64,000 nucleotides of DNA, filler included, from Stramenopiles sp. TOSAG23-2 (GCA_900128395.1; 28 parts of 28 records of this genome joined end to end with filler, not necessarily neighbours in it); one strand, 5' to 3'; counted from the whole stretch's first letter, positions 23,093 to 35,111 are shown. Notes: generated from the letters alone by a model not told the origin. A program made the numbers and translations.

Positions 23093-25292
23093 TTTTTAGG
23101 CGGTGTAAGCGAAGAAATGCAACTGATTCGGCGCGTTGCACCAATTCGCAAAGGTAAGTTGTGGTTTCTGTATATCGTCTTATGAAATTGTACTAACATG
23201 ACTTGAACGCCATCGTGAACTTCATTTACATGTAGGAGTTGGAGTATTTTCCTTCATACACAAATCTATTCAGGAGTATTTAACAGCCGCAGAAGTCATT
23301 CGTACAGTAAAACATGCATGTGCAGAAACGTTAATGTCTTTAGATGAGTTCGAACTATTTGTAATTAAAATTGAAATCGTGAGAGCAAGAAACACAGAAG
23401 ATTATGATGAGGGCTCCCCACAACATTTCGATAACTTATTCCAAAATATAGGAAGAAACAAATTAGCAAATAAAATGGCAAAACAAATAATTAAGGATAT
23501 AACGAAAATGAAAAAGGACAGAATAGATAAGCGTAAGGTAGTTAACGAATACAGTAGAGACAAGAGGAGGGATAGCTATGCAAACATATTGGAAGCTGCT
23601 AAGCAAGCATCGTTTAAATTTAAATCAGTGGAACCAAATTTCGAAATGCAAGCGGGTACAAACACTAATAAAACAGAAGCAACTCAAAAATTGGTTGCTT
23701 ATAGTAGACGGCTTATTGATATGTATAATGCCATTGAACGTTCGCCGTTAAATAGAATATTTATTGGCGCTGAAGAAGCTATATTAGATTTTTTAGTTGA
23801 TTGTATGGTTGGTGAAGAATATACGATATCGCGTATGATCGATTTAGTCGCAAGAGTTGCTACTTACGGAAGGCCGTTTGGAATGGACCATCTAATATTG
23901 GTAGAGACAAATATACAAGATCTGTATACAACAAAACTGCCAAAGCGTGATGGTGCAGGGACGTTGTTGCACGAAGCAGCAAAATTTGGTAAGTTAATTG
24001 TTTTAAGATTTTGAATCATATTAATAGTAGAAACTAACATTCTTCTTTTATTGATGAATGTTGATAGGAAAACACAATGTAATCAAACAAGCAATGGTAT
24101 CTTTAAATAAATCATTGAAACATGTAGATACAAGTTATATAGGTAGATACAAGTATGTAAATATACAAGATGCTTGGGGGCGAACACCTCTTTTTGTAGC
24201 AGCGAAGGCAGGGCATGTGGAATGCGTCAAGGAATTAATAGAAGCTAAAGCTGATAAAATGATAAAATCCAAGTTAGCTACAGAAAAAATGAATATTCTT
24301 GTGTATGATGATGGAGATAGTCCGTTTTGCATAGAGGAGGTAAAGGGTAAAAAATTAACAGAAAAATCAGATAATATTACCTTTTCAAAGGAAAATTTGA
24401 AATTGACATTAAAACAAACTTGCGGGATCGCGCAAGTCATGGTACCTGATATGGCAGTTAATGTTGAAACGAACAATAGTGATGAAACTGATCAAACAGA
24501 GTTTACCTTTAGTGTTAATATATCATGTAATAATTGCGCAGCTGCCATAATGGTTGGATGGGCACCATCACCATCATGGGCATCGAATAGAAAGAATGAT
24601 ATGCTGAGGTCATTTAATCAGAATAATTCAGGAACAATGGCAGATCATTATTGCGTTGGTGTAATAGCAGGTAGTACAAATGCGGACCAAATATTTTACG
24701 GGGAGAATGTTTTATGGCCTGACGGAAATCGTATATTTGATTATACTTTAAAAGGAAATCATTCAGCAAAATTGTTTGATGAAGTTCCAATACATCATTC
24801 ACAATACTTGAATACAAATTGTAAACACACAATTTGTAGAATGGAAAATGATAGAAACGCAGAATTTGGTAAATTTAGCTTTATTGAGAAAATTGAAGAT
24901 GATATATCATCTAAAATTAAAGCACAAAAAGATGGTAAATTTGTAAAACAGTTGGAAGATTTAATAGGGAAAGATGCTATTTTGGACAAACAGAAGCTCA
25001 AATCTATATTTAATTCTCTTAACGTTGATTTGTCAGATATGGATATAAACGAAATTTTAACTGTTATCTGTAAAACTGATGAGATAAAATCATCAGACGT
25101 TATACAATATATCAAACATATAGAAAATAATGAGATGAAATTGCTTAAAGTGTTTTTTAGAAAAGAAAAATATAGCAAGTGGTTGAATGATCTGAAAACC
25201 CCAGTTATTAGAAGGGAAAAATTAAAAGAGCTATGCAAACCTGGAAAGCTAAAAGAAAGTACTTTCAGTGCCATGTTTGATATCTTTGGCAC
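23093..25292 (+). CDS. NACHT(WHD)-ankyrin-(SPRY-like)-(EF-hand-like) protein, spliced, partial at both ends
   Basis: Introns 23154-23235 and 23989-24067 (GTAAGT, ACTAAC, TAG) join three exons in frame, giving FSFIHKSIQEYLTA, TLLHEAAKFGKHNVIK and GRTPLFVAAKAGHVECVKELIEAKAD. Confidence 0.8.
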
Positions 25293-25392
25293 NNNNNNNN
25301 NNNNNNNNNNNNNNNNNNNNNNNNNNNNNNNNNNNNTTAATTAATTAANNNNNNNNNNNNNNNNNNNNNNNNNNNNNNNNNNNNNNNNNNNN

Positions 25393-27590
25393 AGCGTATG
25401 CAGCTGCTCGTGCCGGTGACATACCTCTTGACGAAGGAGACATTGGCATCATCATCATCTTGTGGTTGTTATTATTATTGTTATTATTGTTATTGCTGCT
25501 AACCTTTCTTCCAAATCCTTCACTAAATTCTTTGATTTGAGTAACAATTCCATCTCTTAAAAACCGATCACTAACATGTGCACGAGCTTTTCTTAGTGTA
25601 TCTAAACACATTTTTAACGCAAGTAGTACTATTTGTAAATCACTTTGAGAGAGCAACGATGCAAAAAATTCAGATAATTGGGATTGTTGATTCTTTGGCT
25701 CTAATAAACAATTTAAATCATCAGATTGCATCCAGAATAAAATTTTGTTTAATATTGAAAGGCAAAGTGTACATACAGATACACTTGCAACTGATGAATA
25801 GACGTTCAGTAATGATGGTAGCATTGTTTGCGCTAACTTCAAAAGCAACCGAGCATTTTTTGGTGCAGTGATGTCATTTAATTTTTTCGGTTTAGCATAT
25901 GGATTATGCCCTGTTGCAGATGCTGATAAATTTAATCTAGGTGAAATATTGTTTCCAGTGGTTGTTGTTGTTGTCGTCTTCGTCGTAGTAGTAGTAGTTG
26001 TCATCGTCACCGTGTTATTATTATTATTATTATTATTATTATCACTTGCCATCATACTTAAAGATTTTATATCTTTGTTATCATTATCATGTCTACTTTT
26101 TTTCTTGATGTTGTCATTATCTGATGCTGACGCCGACGATGGCGTAGGAGATGTGCTACTATTTTTGCTTATGTGGCTTTTTTTACGTTTTAATTTCATT
26201 TTCTTTGATTTGTTATTGGCATTGTTTTCAAGGTTCTTACTATTATGATTACTGTTCAATTCTACAGGCACAGTTGGTAAAAGTGTATCTATTAACGATA
26301 ACAAATCGTAAACCTGTGTCGATGAGGACATTGATGGTGGTGACATTGCAGGAAAAAAAACGTCTGGGGATGACTTTGTACGTTTAACGCTCATAGAATC
26401 ATTGCCATCTATTAATGTTGGAGACGTTGAAGAATGAGATGAATTTGCCTTCTTTAATTTTGGCGATTGACCATTTCCTTCTTTATTCACTTCATCATCG
26501 TTCTTTCTCTTTAAATTAAAAGCCCATTGTAGTGGATCACTGCCAATAGGTTGATTAGTAAGAACACGTGATAAGACATTTGGTAAGTCATTATCAATTA
26601 ACATCAGACCAATTTCAGTGGAATGTTTCGATAATACGGTAAGTAATTTCACGGACAAGCTTTGTGTATTTGAAGAGTAACTTTCATTTTTATTACCATT
26701 TTTGTTATTCGGATTATTATTGATATTTGCTATAATCGTTATTAATTGTGGTAAAAGACCATGTCTTACAATTTCTTTCAACGTTACATCATCCTGTTTA
26801 AATGCATTTACAATTCTAAAGAAGCATGTTGTAGTACTTTCCACAATTTGCTGGTCACTATATTTCATCAAATTTGTCAAGGTCTGCAATGACCCTTTAA
26901 TAAATGTAGTGAATTGGCCGCTTCCAGCTTGTAATTTTTTACATGCCATAGCAGCAGTTGCAACTGCTTGCCTTTGTGTATTTATAGAGAAAAAATCAAT
27001 ATATGTTAAAACCGATGAAATACCATTGGAACGTAAAACTGAGGATGGGTGATCATTTGCAATCAATTTTAAACATTTCATTGATTGCTCTGCTACATCT
27101 ACATATTCTATACTTTTTAAAGTTCCACATAAAACATCTACTGCATCATGTTTTACAGCAACAGTTGATATAGACGGCACTATGTCAATTATGTGCGTTA
27201 AAGCTCTTATTGCAATTAACATCATTTGACCATTATGTTTTTTTGTCTTCACAAATTTTAGAAGCAATGGAATGAAAATTCTAGGACTGAATCCAGACAA
27301 TGAATATTCATTAGCAGTTGCCAACGTACAACATATATCATCCAACGATAGCATTTGTATACTTTCATCTTCATTTGTCAATCCTAAGTAAATTCGTTTA
27401 TAATTTCCAGTAAGTCGACTGCCATCGCTACTTGAAGATCCTTCCTCATCCTCTTCTTCTTCCACTTCCATAGAATGACGCCGACCTTCTCTTAAAGCAC
27501 GTAAAAATCTTAGTGAGTTGGAAGAACCGCTACTATTATTATTATTATCATCATTATTACTACTACTACTACTACTACTAATGATGAAGA
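25393..27590 (-). CDS. HECT E3 ubiquitin ligase TRIP12/UPL3/Ufd4-like, N-terminal ARM region, partial
   Basis: LATANEYSLSGF, MMLIAIRAL, IEYVDVAEQSMKCL, LTYIDFFSINTQRQAVATAA, FLRDGIV. The frame is open to both contig edges. Confidence 0.9.
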
Positions 27591-27690
27591 NNNNNNNNNN
27601 NNNNNNNNNNNNNNNNNNNNNNNNNNNNNNNNNNTTAATTAATTAANNNNNNNNNNNNNNNNNNNNNNNNNNNNNNNNNNNNNNNNNNNN

Positions 27691-27936
27691 ACAATAGATG
27701 ATGAATCCGGGGATAAAATATGGTGGGCAATGCATGACAATACATTAATGTACAAATATGTGGTGCAACCATTATTCTCAAATTCAGTTGCTGGATCCAT
27801 TGTGGTTGAAAGGCATATAAAAGATGCAAAACACCGTGTTAAAAAAAGTGGGCGGCATAATTTAAATGATATTCATTGGCGCAATGCTGTAAAGTATGGC
27901 TCTAATCTCCATATAATCGAAGCTTTAAATTTATAA
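27691..27936 (+). CDS. hAT-family transposase C-terminal dimerisation domain, 5'-partial
   Basis: TIDDESGDKIWWAMH...LFSNSVAGSIVVERHIK...KSGRHNL...YGSNL follows the WW / L.S...S...ER / K..R..L / N pattern of hAT dimerisation domains. Confidence 0.6.
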   Translation, partial: TIDDESGDKIWWAMHDNTLMYKYVVQPLFSNSVAGSIVVERHIKDAKHRVKKSGRHNLNDIHWRNAVKYGSNLHIIEALNL

Positions 27937-28799
27937 ATTTTCTGTTGTATGATATTTATCCTTTATATAATAATAATTATATGCATAATTAATTATAGGC
28001 ACAAGTTTTAATAATCGTATGGAAGCTGTGAGCTCCTTTACTTCGGCTTTGTTCAAGATCTTTGCAAACTTTGTTTTAGCGATTGCTTTTAAATAGCAAA
28101 AATTACCTAGCGTATCAACTGCGAATGGAACTACTTTATCCTTTATATAATTAATTTTATTGTTTGTATACATGTATATTTTTTGCTCGTCTATACATAC
28201 ATTATCACATAGCATATGAATTATTTAATTACTTTTCTATTATTATTATTATGATTATTATCTTGCATTTATCATTGTCATTATTATTATTATTTACATA
28301 TAAATGTTACTATCATCATTGTTTATTGTACTGTTGTATCATATTATATTATATATATTGTTATCATTTTTTATTATTTACATGAAACAATTGCAAGATG
28401 AGTTTTTGAAATGATATAGCAAATGATTTTATCTACTTAATGATGATTCTATCCATTTACATCTATATTTATTATTTTTTTATATTATTATATTATTATT
28501 ATATTATTATTATAATAATAAAATAATAATTAAAAAAAAAAAAAGGAGGAGGAGCCTGATGAGGCACGGATAATTGATATATGATGGATGATGGATTCAT
28601 GACGAAATTTCAAACTGGAGTTATAATATAGGGTTAAATATACATGAAATAACATTACAATGCTATTTGTATGTACTTTAAAATTTCATCAAAAAAGAAC
28701 CCTGACGGTTAAACCGTTCGTATAACCAAACCGTCAGACCCCCCATACCAAACCGTGGCACAAAAAGGTTCGGTTATGCCGAACCATAGTTCCCATTGA
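27691..28799 (+). mobile_element. Right end of a putative hAT DNA transposon
   Basis: The transposase tail is followed by clustered AAACCGT/CGGTT subterminal motifs (28702-28785) and GTTCCCATTGA (28789-28799), which is identical to the end of the inverted repeat at 44961-44971. Confidence 0.5.
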
Positions 28800-29703
28800 T
28801 TCATTGATTTCGTTCGCACTGTTCCGCCTTGTTCCGCATGCTGCATTTAGAATCTACCGAAAAAAAGGCTTCTTAATTGATTCAATTTCAAAACATTTTA
28901 TACTCTACTACTAGAGAATAATTGAAAAATTAAATTGTTGTTGGTGAATAAATATAAAAAAATATAAAAATATTTGTGGAACCGCTAACACAGAATATGC
29001 AAAAGCATTATACAAATCTTGAAAATATACGAAGAAACAGATCTTTGTACCATGGATCGTGTTCTATTGAATAACTCTCTTCTATAATCAATAAATTTTT
29101 CATTACACATTTATTAAATATTACCGCATTATTATGCTTTTTTAACGACATTTGTGCATTTTATATAACATCTCATATTTTATAATATTTTGTAATTATT
29201 GTATATATATATATTTAATTATATGAGGAGAAGTTAGATATATTGAATATATCTATATGTATTCGTAAGTCACTTATACATATATATGGATATATCAATC
29301 TAGAGATATACATTTTGATAAATATTTTTTAGTTTTAAATAATAAAATTAGTAAATTTTCAAACAATAACTGGTACAAACTGACATAATTTCTAATAATT
29401 AAATTTGTTTATAATTAATTTTACATGTATATATATTGCAATGGCATCGTGTATGTTGATTCTTTGGTGCTTTTGTGAATAATGTGATTTAACGTGGAGT
29501 AGATATGTTGAAATAATTAGTGTTATAATGTGACGAAATCAAAATTATGTTTTTATAAAAAAATAAATAATGTTAACGAGATGATGTACGAAATTTAAAT
29601 AAAACATTTTATGTATAAATCTTAAAATAAAATATAAATATATAAACATTAATATATAAACATCGATCTAAATAATAAAATTATATTATTTAAAAGTCAC
29701 TTT

Positions 29704-29884
29704 TTATGATATGATACAACTGCCGCTCTTTTTCTCTTTGCGTTCTCTTTCCTCGCGTTCTCTTTCCTCGCGTCGTTCTTTTTCTTTGCGTTCTCTTTCT
29801 TTGCGTTCTTTCTCTTCTTGTTTTGGTGCTTTTCCACCTTTTGAACGTATAAGATCAATGATCTTTTGTTGAATTGGACTTTTA
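29704..29884 (-). CDS. C-terminal fragment with ankyrin-cap-like helix, E/R/K repeat and CaaX box
   Basis: Reads KSPIQQKIIDLIRSKGGKAPKQEEKERKERERKEKERREEREREERERKEKKSGSCIIS-TAA; absent from the ORF track. Confidence 0.65.
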
Positions 29885-30260
29885 NNNNNNNNNNNNNNNN
29901 NNNNNNNNNNNNNNNNNNNNNNNNNNNNTTAATTAATTAANNNNNNNNNNNNNNNNNNNNNNNNNNNNNNNNNNNNNNNNNNNNGTACAGTACTTGGTAA
30001 TGAAGAAAAAAAAAAAAAAAAAATGGAATAGATCTAGTCTAATGAAAAAGAATAGATGTAGAAGACTATTATTATATGTATATATACCAGGTACTGGTAT
30101 TAAACAATAATCGTAGAAATATTTGAACAACCATTTCATTGTTAGATAATGTTATAATACATAGACAAGCCCACCAATAGAAAAATTGCATCATATATTT
30201 GCAGAGTAAAACTAATAGTAATAATAATAATAAGGAGGAGAAGAAGAAGAAATTGTAAGG

Positions 30261-32031
30261 ATGCCGCCAAAATATCCACCTTCATTACCACCAAAAACTC
30301 TAAATGATAATAAAAATAACAGCAATAAACAGATATCTTCAGAAGATATTGCGCAAATTGAACCAGTAGCATTTACGATTAATAAACTTATTCATCAAAA
30401 CGATATTCCGGCTGGCCTTTTTTTAGACTGTGAAATAGAAATTGGTGGTACAAGGTATCCACGGATCGTGGCTGTTAATCCGCATAGTATTTTTATTTTA
30501 GAACTAAACCAAAAAGAAGTTTCAAAGTATTTTGTTCGGTCACAACGAGCATTGTTAGAAATTTCTCGTGTATCTTATACAATCGGTAAAGCAGTAAAGG
30601 TAGTCTACAAAGCCTCTCAAGGTGGGGATCATGTAACTTTTTATATGAAAAATCCAATTGATTGTGTTAAAGCAATTAGTGGACATTTAAAGAGGTTAGG
30701 CATCCAGGGAAACGAGGCAGGGGCTTCTTCAAGGAAAAAAAAAACAAAATAGTAATAATAATAACAATATCAATAATAATAATAATAATGATAATGGCAA
30801 CAATAATAAGGCAAACACACCACAACGTCGAATGTCACCTTTCTTCGGTTCTTCTCTACTAAGGGGAAGTAGCAGTAGGAAAAGCAATACTCCCTATAGC
30901 AACAGTACCAATTCAGCCCCAAGATTTGGTGGTGGAGGTCGTAATGAATCCCCATATGCTTCTATTAAAAGGTTGGAAAAGGAAATGCGTGCACGGCCAA
31001 CCATCAATGTTGTTCGTGGTATAATGGATAGATACAGACGATTAATTGAACGTTGTTCCGCCGATTCTCGACCGCGTGTACAAAAACAAGCAGAAATGTT
31101 GACTAGAGATTTGCAATTATTTTTACAACGCCCAGAAGTTTTGCAGACACTATCAGATCAAGAGCAAATCGAGAAACAAAGACACCGGCGTAGAGATTCA
31201 TTGACATTATACGATATGGACGTAGAAAATGAAGCTAGATTAGCATCAGAAGGAAGAAGAAATGGAAACGCTAGTAGAAATGGACAAATTGTAGATGAAG
31301 TTACAAAAAAGGATACAAGTCCATTGGGAAATACTGAAGAAAACGTAATAGACAGCAGGACAAATGATAAAAACGATAATGATTACAAAGAACCTCGAAA
31401 AAATTCAAGCGAAAATAAGATCAACAATGGTATTCATGACAATTTTGAGGGAAGGATGACAAAAGCAATCATAAAATCTAGTAATACTAATAATAATAAT
31501 GGTAGATCAATTGCATCATCCCCATCTGATATTGATAATAATAATGAGTATATCGAGCCTAAACCAGGTTGGAAGGGCATCCCATATCATCGAAAACCTG
31601 GCGAAGTATATAAAACACCTGATAGTAGCAAATCTCAAATAAACCATAGCCGAGTCGCAGAATCAGGAACTTTGCTACCAGGAAGAGTCTTAGTTGAAGT
31701 TACTGTGAAACCACCACCGATAACTACTACTAAAAGATCTCTCTTTCACAACGTGTTCACATCACCACCAATTAATAGCAATAATAAAACTAAGAGTCAA
31801 AATCAAGATAAAAAAAAGCTATCAAAAAATGAAATTGACCAAAAAGAAATGGTAAATAATCCATCAACCTCAGATAATAAAAATAACAATAACAATCGTA
31901 GACCATCAGTAGAATTACTTGCCAGTATGATGGGTGAAAGCTATGAAGATGTAATTAAAATTGTTGGTAATAAAAATGGAAATGAAGAGGAAGAGGAGGA
32001 GGATGGAGAAGATCTCCTAGAGCAAGGATAA
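30261..32031 (+). CDS. PH-like-domain protein split by a 1-nt indel in an A10 run
   Basis: Removing one A from 30735-30744 fuses 30261..30752 with 30832..32031 through an open Asn-rich linker. The N-terminal domain resembles the TBC1D23 C-terminal PH-like fold. Confidence 0.6.
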
Positions 32032-32278
32032 AACAATAAAACATTAAGATATATTTATATAAAAAATTCTCTCTTATTTATTCGTAAATCGTAAAATATA
32101 CGACGTATTTATTTATATATATATATATATAGACAGGCTGAGAGCTTAGACCTGCACTTTTGGCACTTTCCGTTTACNNNNNNNNNNNNNNNNNNNNNNN
32201 NNNNNNNNNNNNNNNNNNNNNTTAATTAATTAANNNNNNNNNNNNNNNNNNNNNNNNNNNNNNNNNNNNNNNNNNNNG

Positions 32279-33934
32279 GGTGGATATACATTTAATAAAA
32301 CATTATTTCCTGATCATATAAAATTCATTGATACATTACATTCAAAAGATATTCATTTAGCATTGAATTTTCATCCAGATCGAGGAATTGATGCATGTCA
32401 AGATCCATATGTCAAATTCGCAAATGCATTAGGTATTGATCCTAATAGTAAAGTTAAATTACCTGATCTTGATCAGTCAGAAGGAAATGAAACGTATGCC
32501 AATGCATATTTTACATATTGCATTGAACCATTGAATGTAGATATTGCATGGACAGATACAGCAGAGGCTACTACATGGTCAAATTATTTATATGTTCGTT
32601 ATCCAGCATTACGAAAAAATAAACGAACGATTAATTTTTCTAGATATACTGGTATTGGTGATCAACGTAAACCAATTGGATTTTCTGGAGATGCATTACG
32701 AAAATTTGATACGTTGCAATATGAAGTATACATGACACCAAGAGCAGGAAATGTTGGATTTGGTTGGTGGTCACATGATATAGGTGGATTTAAAACATTT
32801 CCTGCTAGTAAATACGTAAATAATACAAATCATACGGAATCTGCTGAATTATTTTTAAGATGGTTGCAATTTGCTACATTTGCACCAATTTTTCGCACTC
32901 ATTGTAGATTTTGTGAACAACGTATATGGACATTTGGTGAAAAATGGTATCCATTGATGAAGGAAACAATGATGGAAAGACATCGATTATTTCCATATAT
33001 CAATACACATGCACATTTAGAAACATATGCAAAAGGTAGATCATTGCTTGTACCAATATATTGGTCCTCAAACGATGCTGCTTCTATGGACGAAGCATAT
33101 GATCCATTATATTCAAATACAGAATATTTATTTGGTAGAGATTTCTTAGTTGCACCAATAACACATTCATTATTAATAAATAGTAGTACGAAAGAAGTGA
33201 AGAAAATATGGTTACCACCAGGAGAATGGCAAGATTGGCGTAATACTAGCAATGTCATAGTGGGACCAAAAATATTAACAATGGAAAATTTACAATTATC
33301 CGATAGTTTTGTTTTTGTAAATAAATCTACTATTATACCAACACAACAAGATGTTGTTATGATGAGTTCGAAGAATCAGACAACAATGACGATGAATGTT
33401 ACTGAAACTGGAGAGAAAAAATATCCATTAATTGATCCTGTTGTTTGGATTATGTTTCCATCTAATTCTAATTCTGAAATGAAAGAATTAAGTGGTGAAT
33501 TGTTTGAGGATGATGGTGTCACTATGGATTATCGTAAAAATGAAAATAGTGGTATACATACAATTATTCGTGCAACATCAACATCATCAAAACTTATTTG
33601 CCATGTAAATAGTATGATCGGAAGTGGATTGTCAATGGAAACGAGAAAAACTCTTCCATCGCATCGTCGTCATTGGTTTAAAATGGTTGATATTGTTGAA
33701 AAAGATAATAATAATATACAGTATGTAGAATGTGATGGCAAACAATTGGATGAACAGAAAATTGGAAAAAGTGATGATGTTGATAAAATAATGATGGGTA
33801 ATGATGAAGGTTATTGGATTGATGAACAAGAACCAAATTCTTTGTTTATTAATTGTGGATATAAAGCGGTTCAATCGTTTTCTAGTAATAACGAGAAAAT
33901 GAATTTCGAGGTTGTTGTAAAATTTATGTCATAG
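32279..33934 (+). CDS. Glycoside hydrolase family 31 (alpha-glucosidase/xylosidase-like), 5'-partial
   Basis: GGYTFNKTLFPD, LNFHP, AWTD nucleophile region, FSGD, WSHDIGGF, RWLQFATFAPIFRTH, YLFGRDFLVAPI, WLPPGEW, LFEDDG. Confidence 0.95.
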   Translation, partial: GGYTFNKTLFPDHIKFIDTLHSKDIHLALNFHPDRGIDACQDPYVKFANALGIDPNSKVKLPDLDQSEGNETYANAYFTYCIEPLNVDIAWTDTAEATTWSNYLYVRYPALRKNKRTINFSRYTGIGDQRKPIGFSGDALRKFDTLQYEVYMTPRAGNVGFGWWSHDIGGFKTFPASKYVNNTNHTESAELFLRWLQFATFAPIFRTHCRFCEQRIWTFGEKWYPLMKETMMERHRLFPYINTHAHLETYAKGRSLLVPIYWSSNDAASMDEAYDPLYSNTEYLFGRDFLVAPITHSLLINSSTKEVKKIWLPPGEWQDWRNTSNVIVGPKILTMENLQLSDSFVFVNKSTIIPTQQDVVMMSSKNQTTMTMNVTETGEKKYPLIDPVVWIMFPSNSNSEMKELSGELFEDDGVTMDYRKNENSGIHTIIRATSTSSKLICHVNSMIGSGLSMETRKTLPSHRRHWFKMVDIVEKDNNNIQYVECDGKQLDEQKIGKSDDVDKIMMGNDEGYWIDEQEPNSLFINCGYKAVQSFSSNNEKMNFEVVVKFMS

Positions 33935-34028
33935 TATATAATATTATCAAAGATATAATTTTAAAAGTAAAATAAATATTTGTTTTAAAATTAAAAAAAG
34001 TATACATACATTCCGAGTATTATTTATT

Positions 34029-34466
34029 TTACAAACGCGCATTGCTGCCGTTTCCCTTCTTTTTCTCACCAACAAAATAATATTCACCATTGACATCTCC
34101 CGAATTGACCCATACAATTAAAACTGGATTATCTTTTGTTACCAGAGCATGTTTATCGTATGGATCATGAATATTAACATTTCCTGATAATTTATGTAAA
34201 AATCCTGAATCATTTTTACGAAGCCATGCTTCACCTGCAACGATATGGTAAGCTTCCGTTGCAGCATGTGCATGCAATGGATACATATTATTTGGTCCTA
34301 CATACATAAAACCTAGATAAAGATTATTACGACGAATTGGAGCATTGATCACATTTCCTACAAGGACACATGATATATCTGAACGTCCATTATTTCCAGG
34401 TGCATTTACCCACTGTTCACTTGTATTATTAAACCAAGAAAGTTGATTTAAGTTGGCAAGAAGGAC
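34029..34466 (-). CDS. DddQ/DddL-type DMSP-lyase-like cupin with C-terminal PTS1 (ARL), 5'-partial
   Basis: Open from the contig edge: QLSW...VLVG...LYLGFMYVGPNNMYPLHAHAATEAYHIVAG...SGNVNIHDPYDKHALVTKDNPVLIVWVNSGD...SNARL-TAA. Confidence 0.75.
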   Translation of the reverse strand, partial: VLLANLNQLSWFNNTSEQWVNAPGNNGRSDISCVLVGNVINAPIRRNNLYLGFMYVGPNNMYPLHAHAATEAYHIVAGEAWLRKNDSGFLHKLSGNVNIHDPYDKHALVTKDNPVLIVWVNSGDVNGEYYFVGEKKKGNGSNARL

Positions 34467-34567
34467 ANNNNNNNNNNNNNNNNNNNNNNNNNNNNNNNNN
34501 NNNNNNNNNNNTTAATTAATTAANNNNNNNNNNNNNNNNNNNNNNNNNNNNNNNNNNNNNNNNNNNN

Positions 34568-35111
34568 TGTATGATGAGGGTGGTACCATTTGCTTTGAGC
34601 TGCTAATAACATTGTTTATATCGTTCGTAAATATTCTATAATCATCCTTATTAGGTGCTAATTCAACCTCTAATGAATACAATGGCAACCATAGAAATTG
34701 AGGCTTTGATGCCTTTTCATTCTTTTGCTTTAATGTACATTTTAATTTATTTCCATTTCTTGTCGTTTCTATTATTTTTAGCTGTAGTTCTATAAGTTTT
34801 TCACGCCATATAATCCCTTTAAACAAACGTATGTTTGTTACTTTAGCAATAGTATTTCGCTCATCATAAACACATGAAACGAATTTTAATATTTTACAGA
34901 CCGCTGTCATAAAAGGCATAACGCAATTATCTTTAATTTTATGATCTATTGAAAAATCAGATTCATTCAATGATAAATATATTTCACTTTGCTTAATGGC
35001 TTGTTTTTTCAATGCAAGATTCATCTTCCTTACGTCAAATGAAGGAAATGTTTTATTGTGGTATTTACTATACAGTAACTCAAAAGCAAAAGTTATTATT
35101 TGTAAAAACAC
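34568..35111 (-). CDS. Polyketide/PUFA-synthase-type dehydratase (PS-DH) domain, 3'-partial
   Basis: DFSIDHKIKDNCVMPF (H-x8-P), IRLFKGI and LYSLEVEL resemble the C-terminal DH-like domain of PfaA-type synthases. Confidence 0.5.

Noticed and set aside
25578-27052. Antisense ORFs overlapping long genes (also 1168, 8001, 24795, 55567-56705, 60678)
   Set aside because: Shadow frames of well-supported genes on the opposite strand.
30735-30752. Programmed +1 frameshift at the A10 run (also the A6 run at 56902-56907)
   Set aside because: A homopolymer indel in an error-rich assembly is the simpler explanation; no stimulatory structure was seen.
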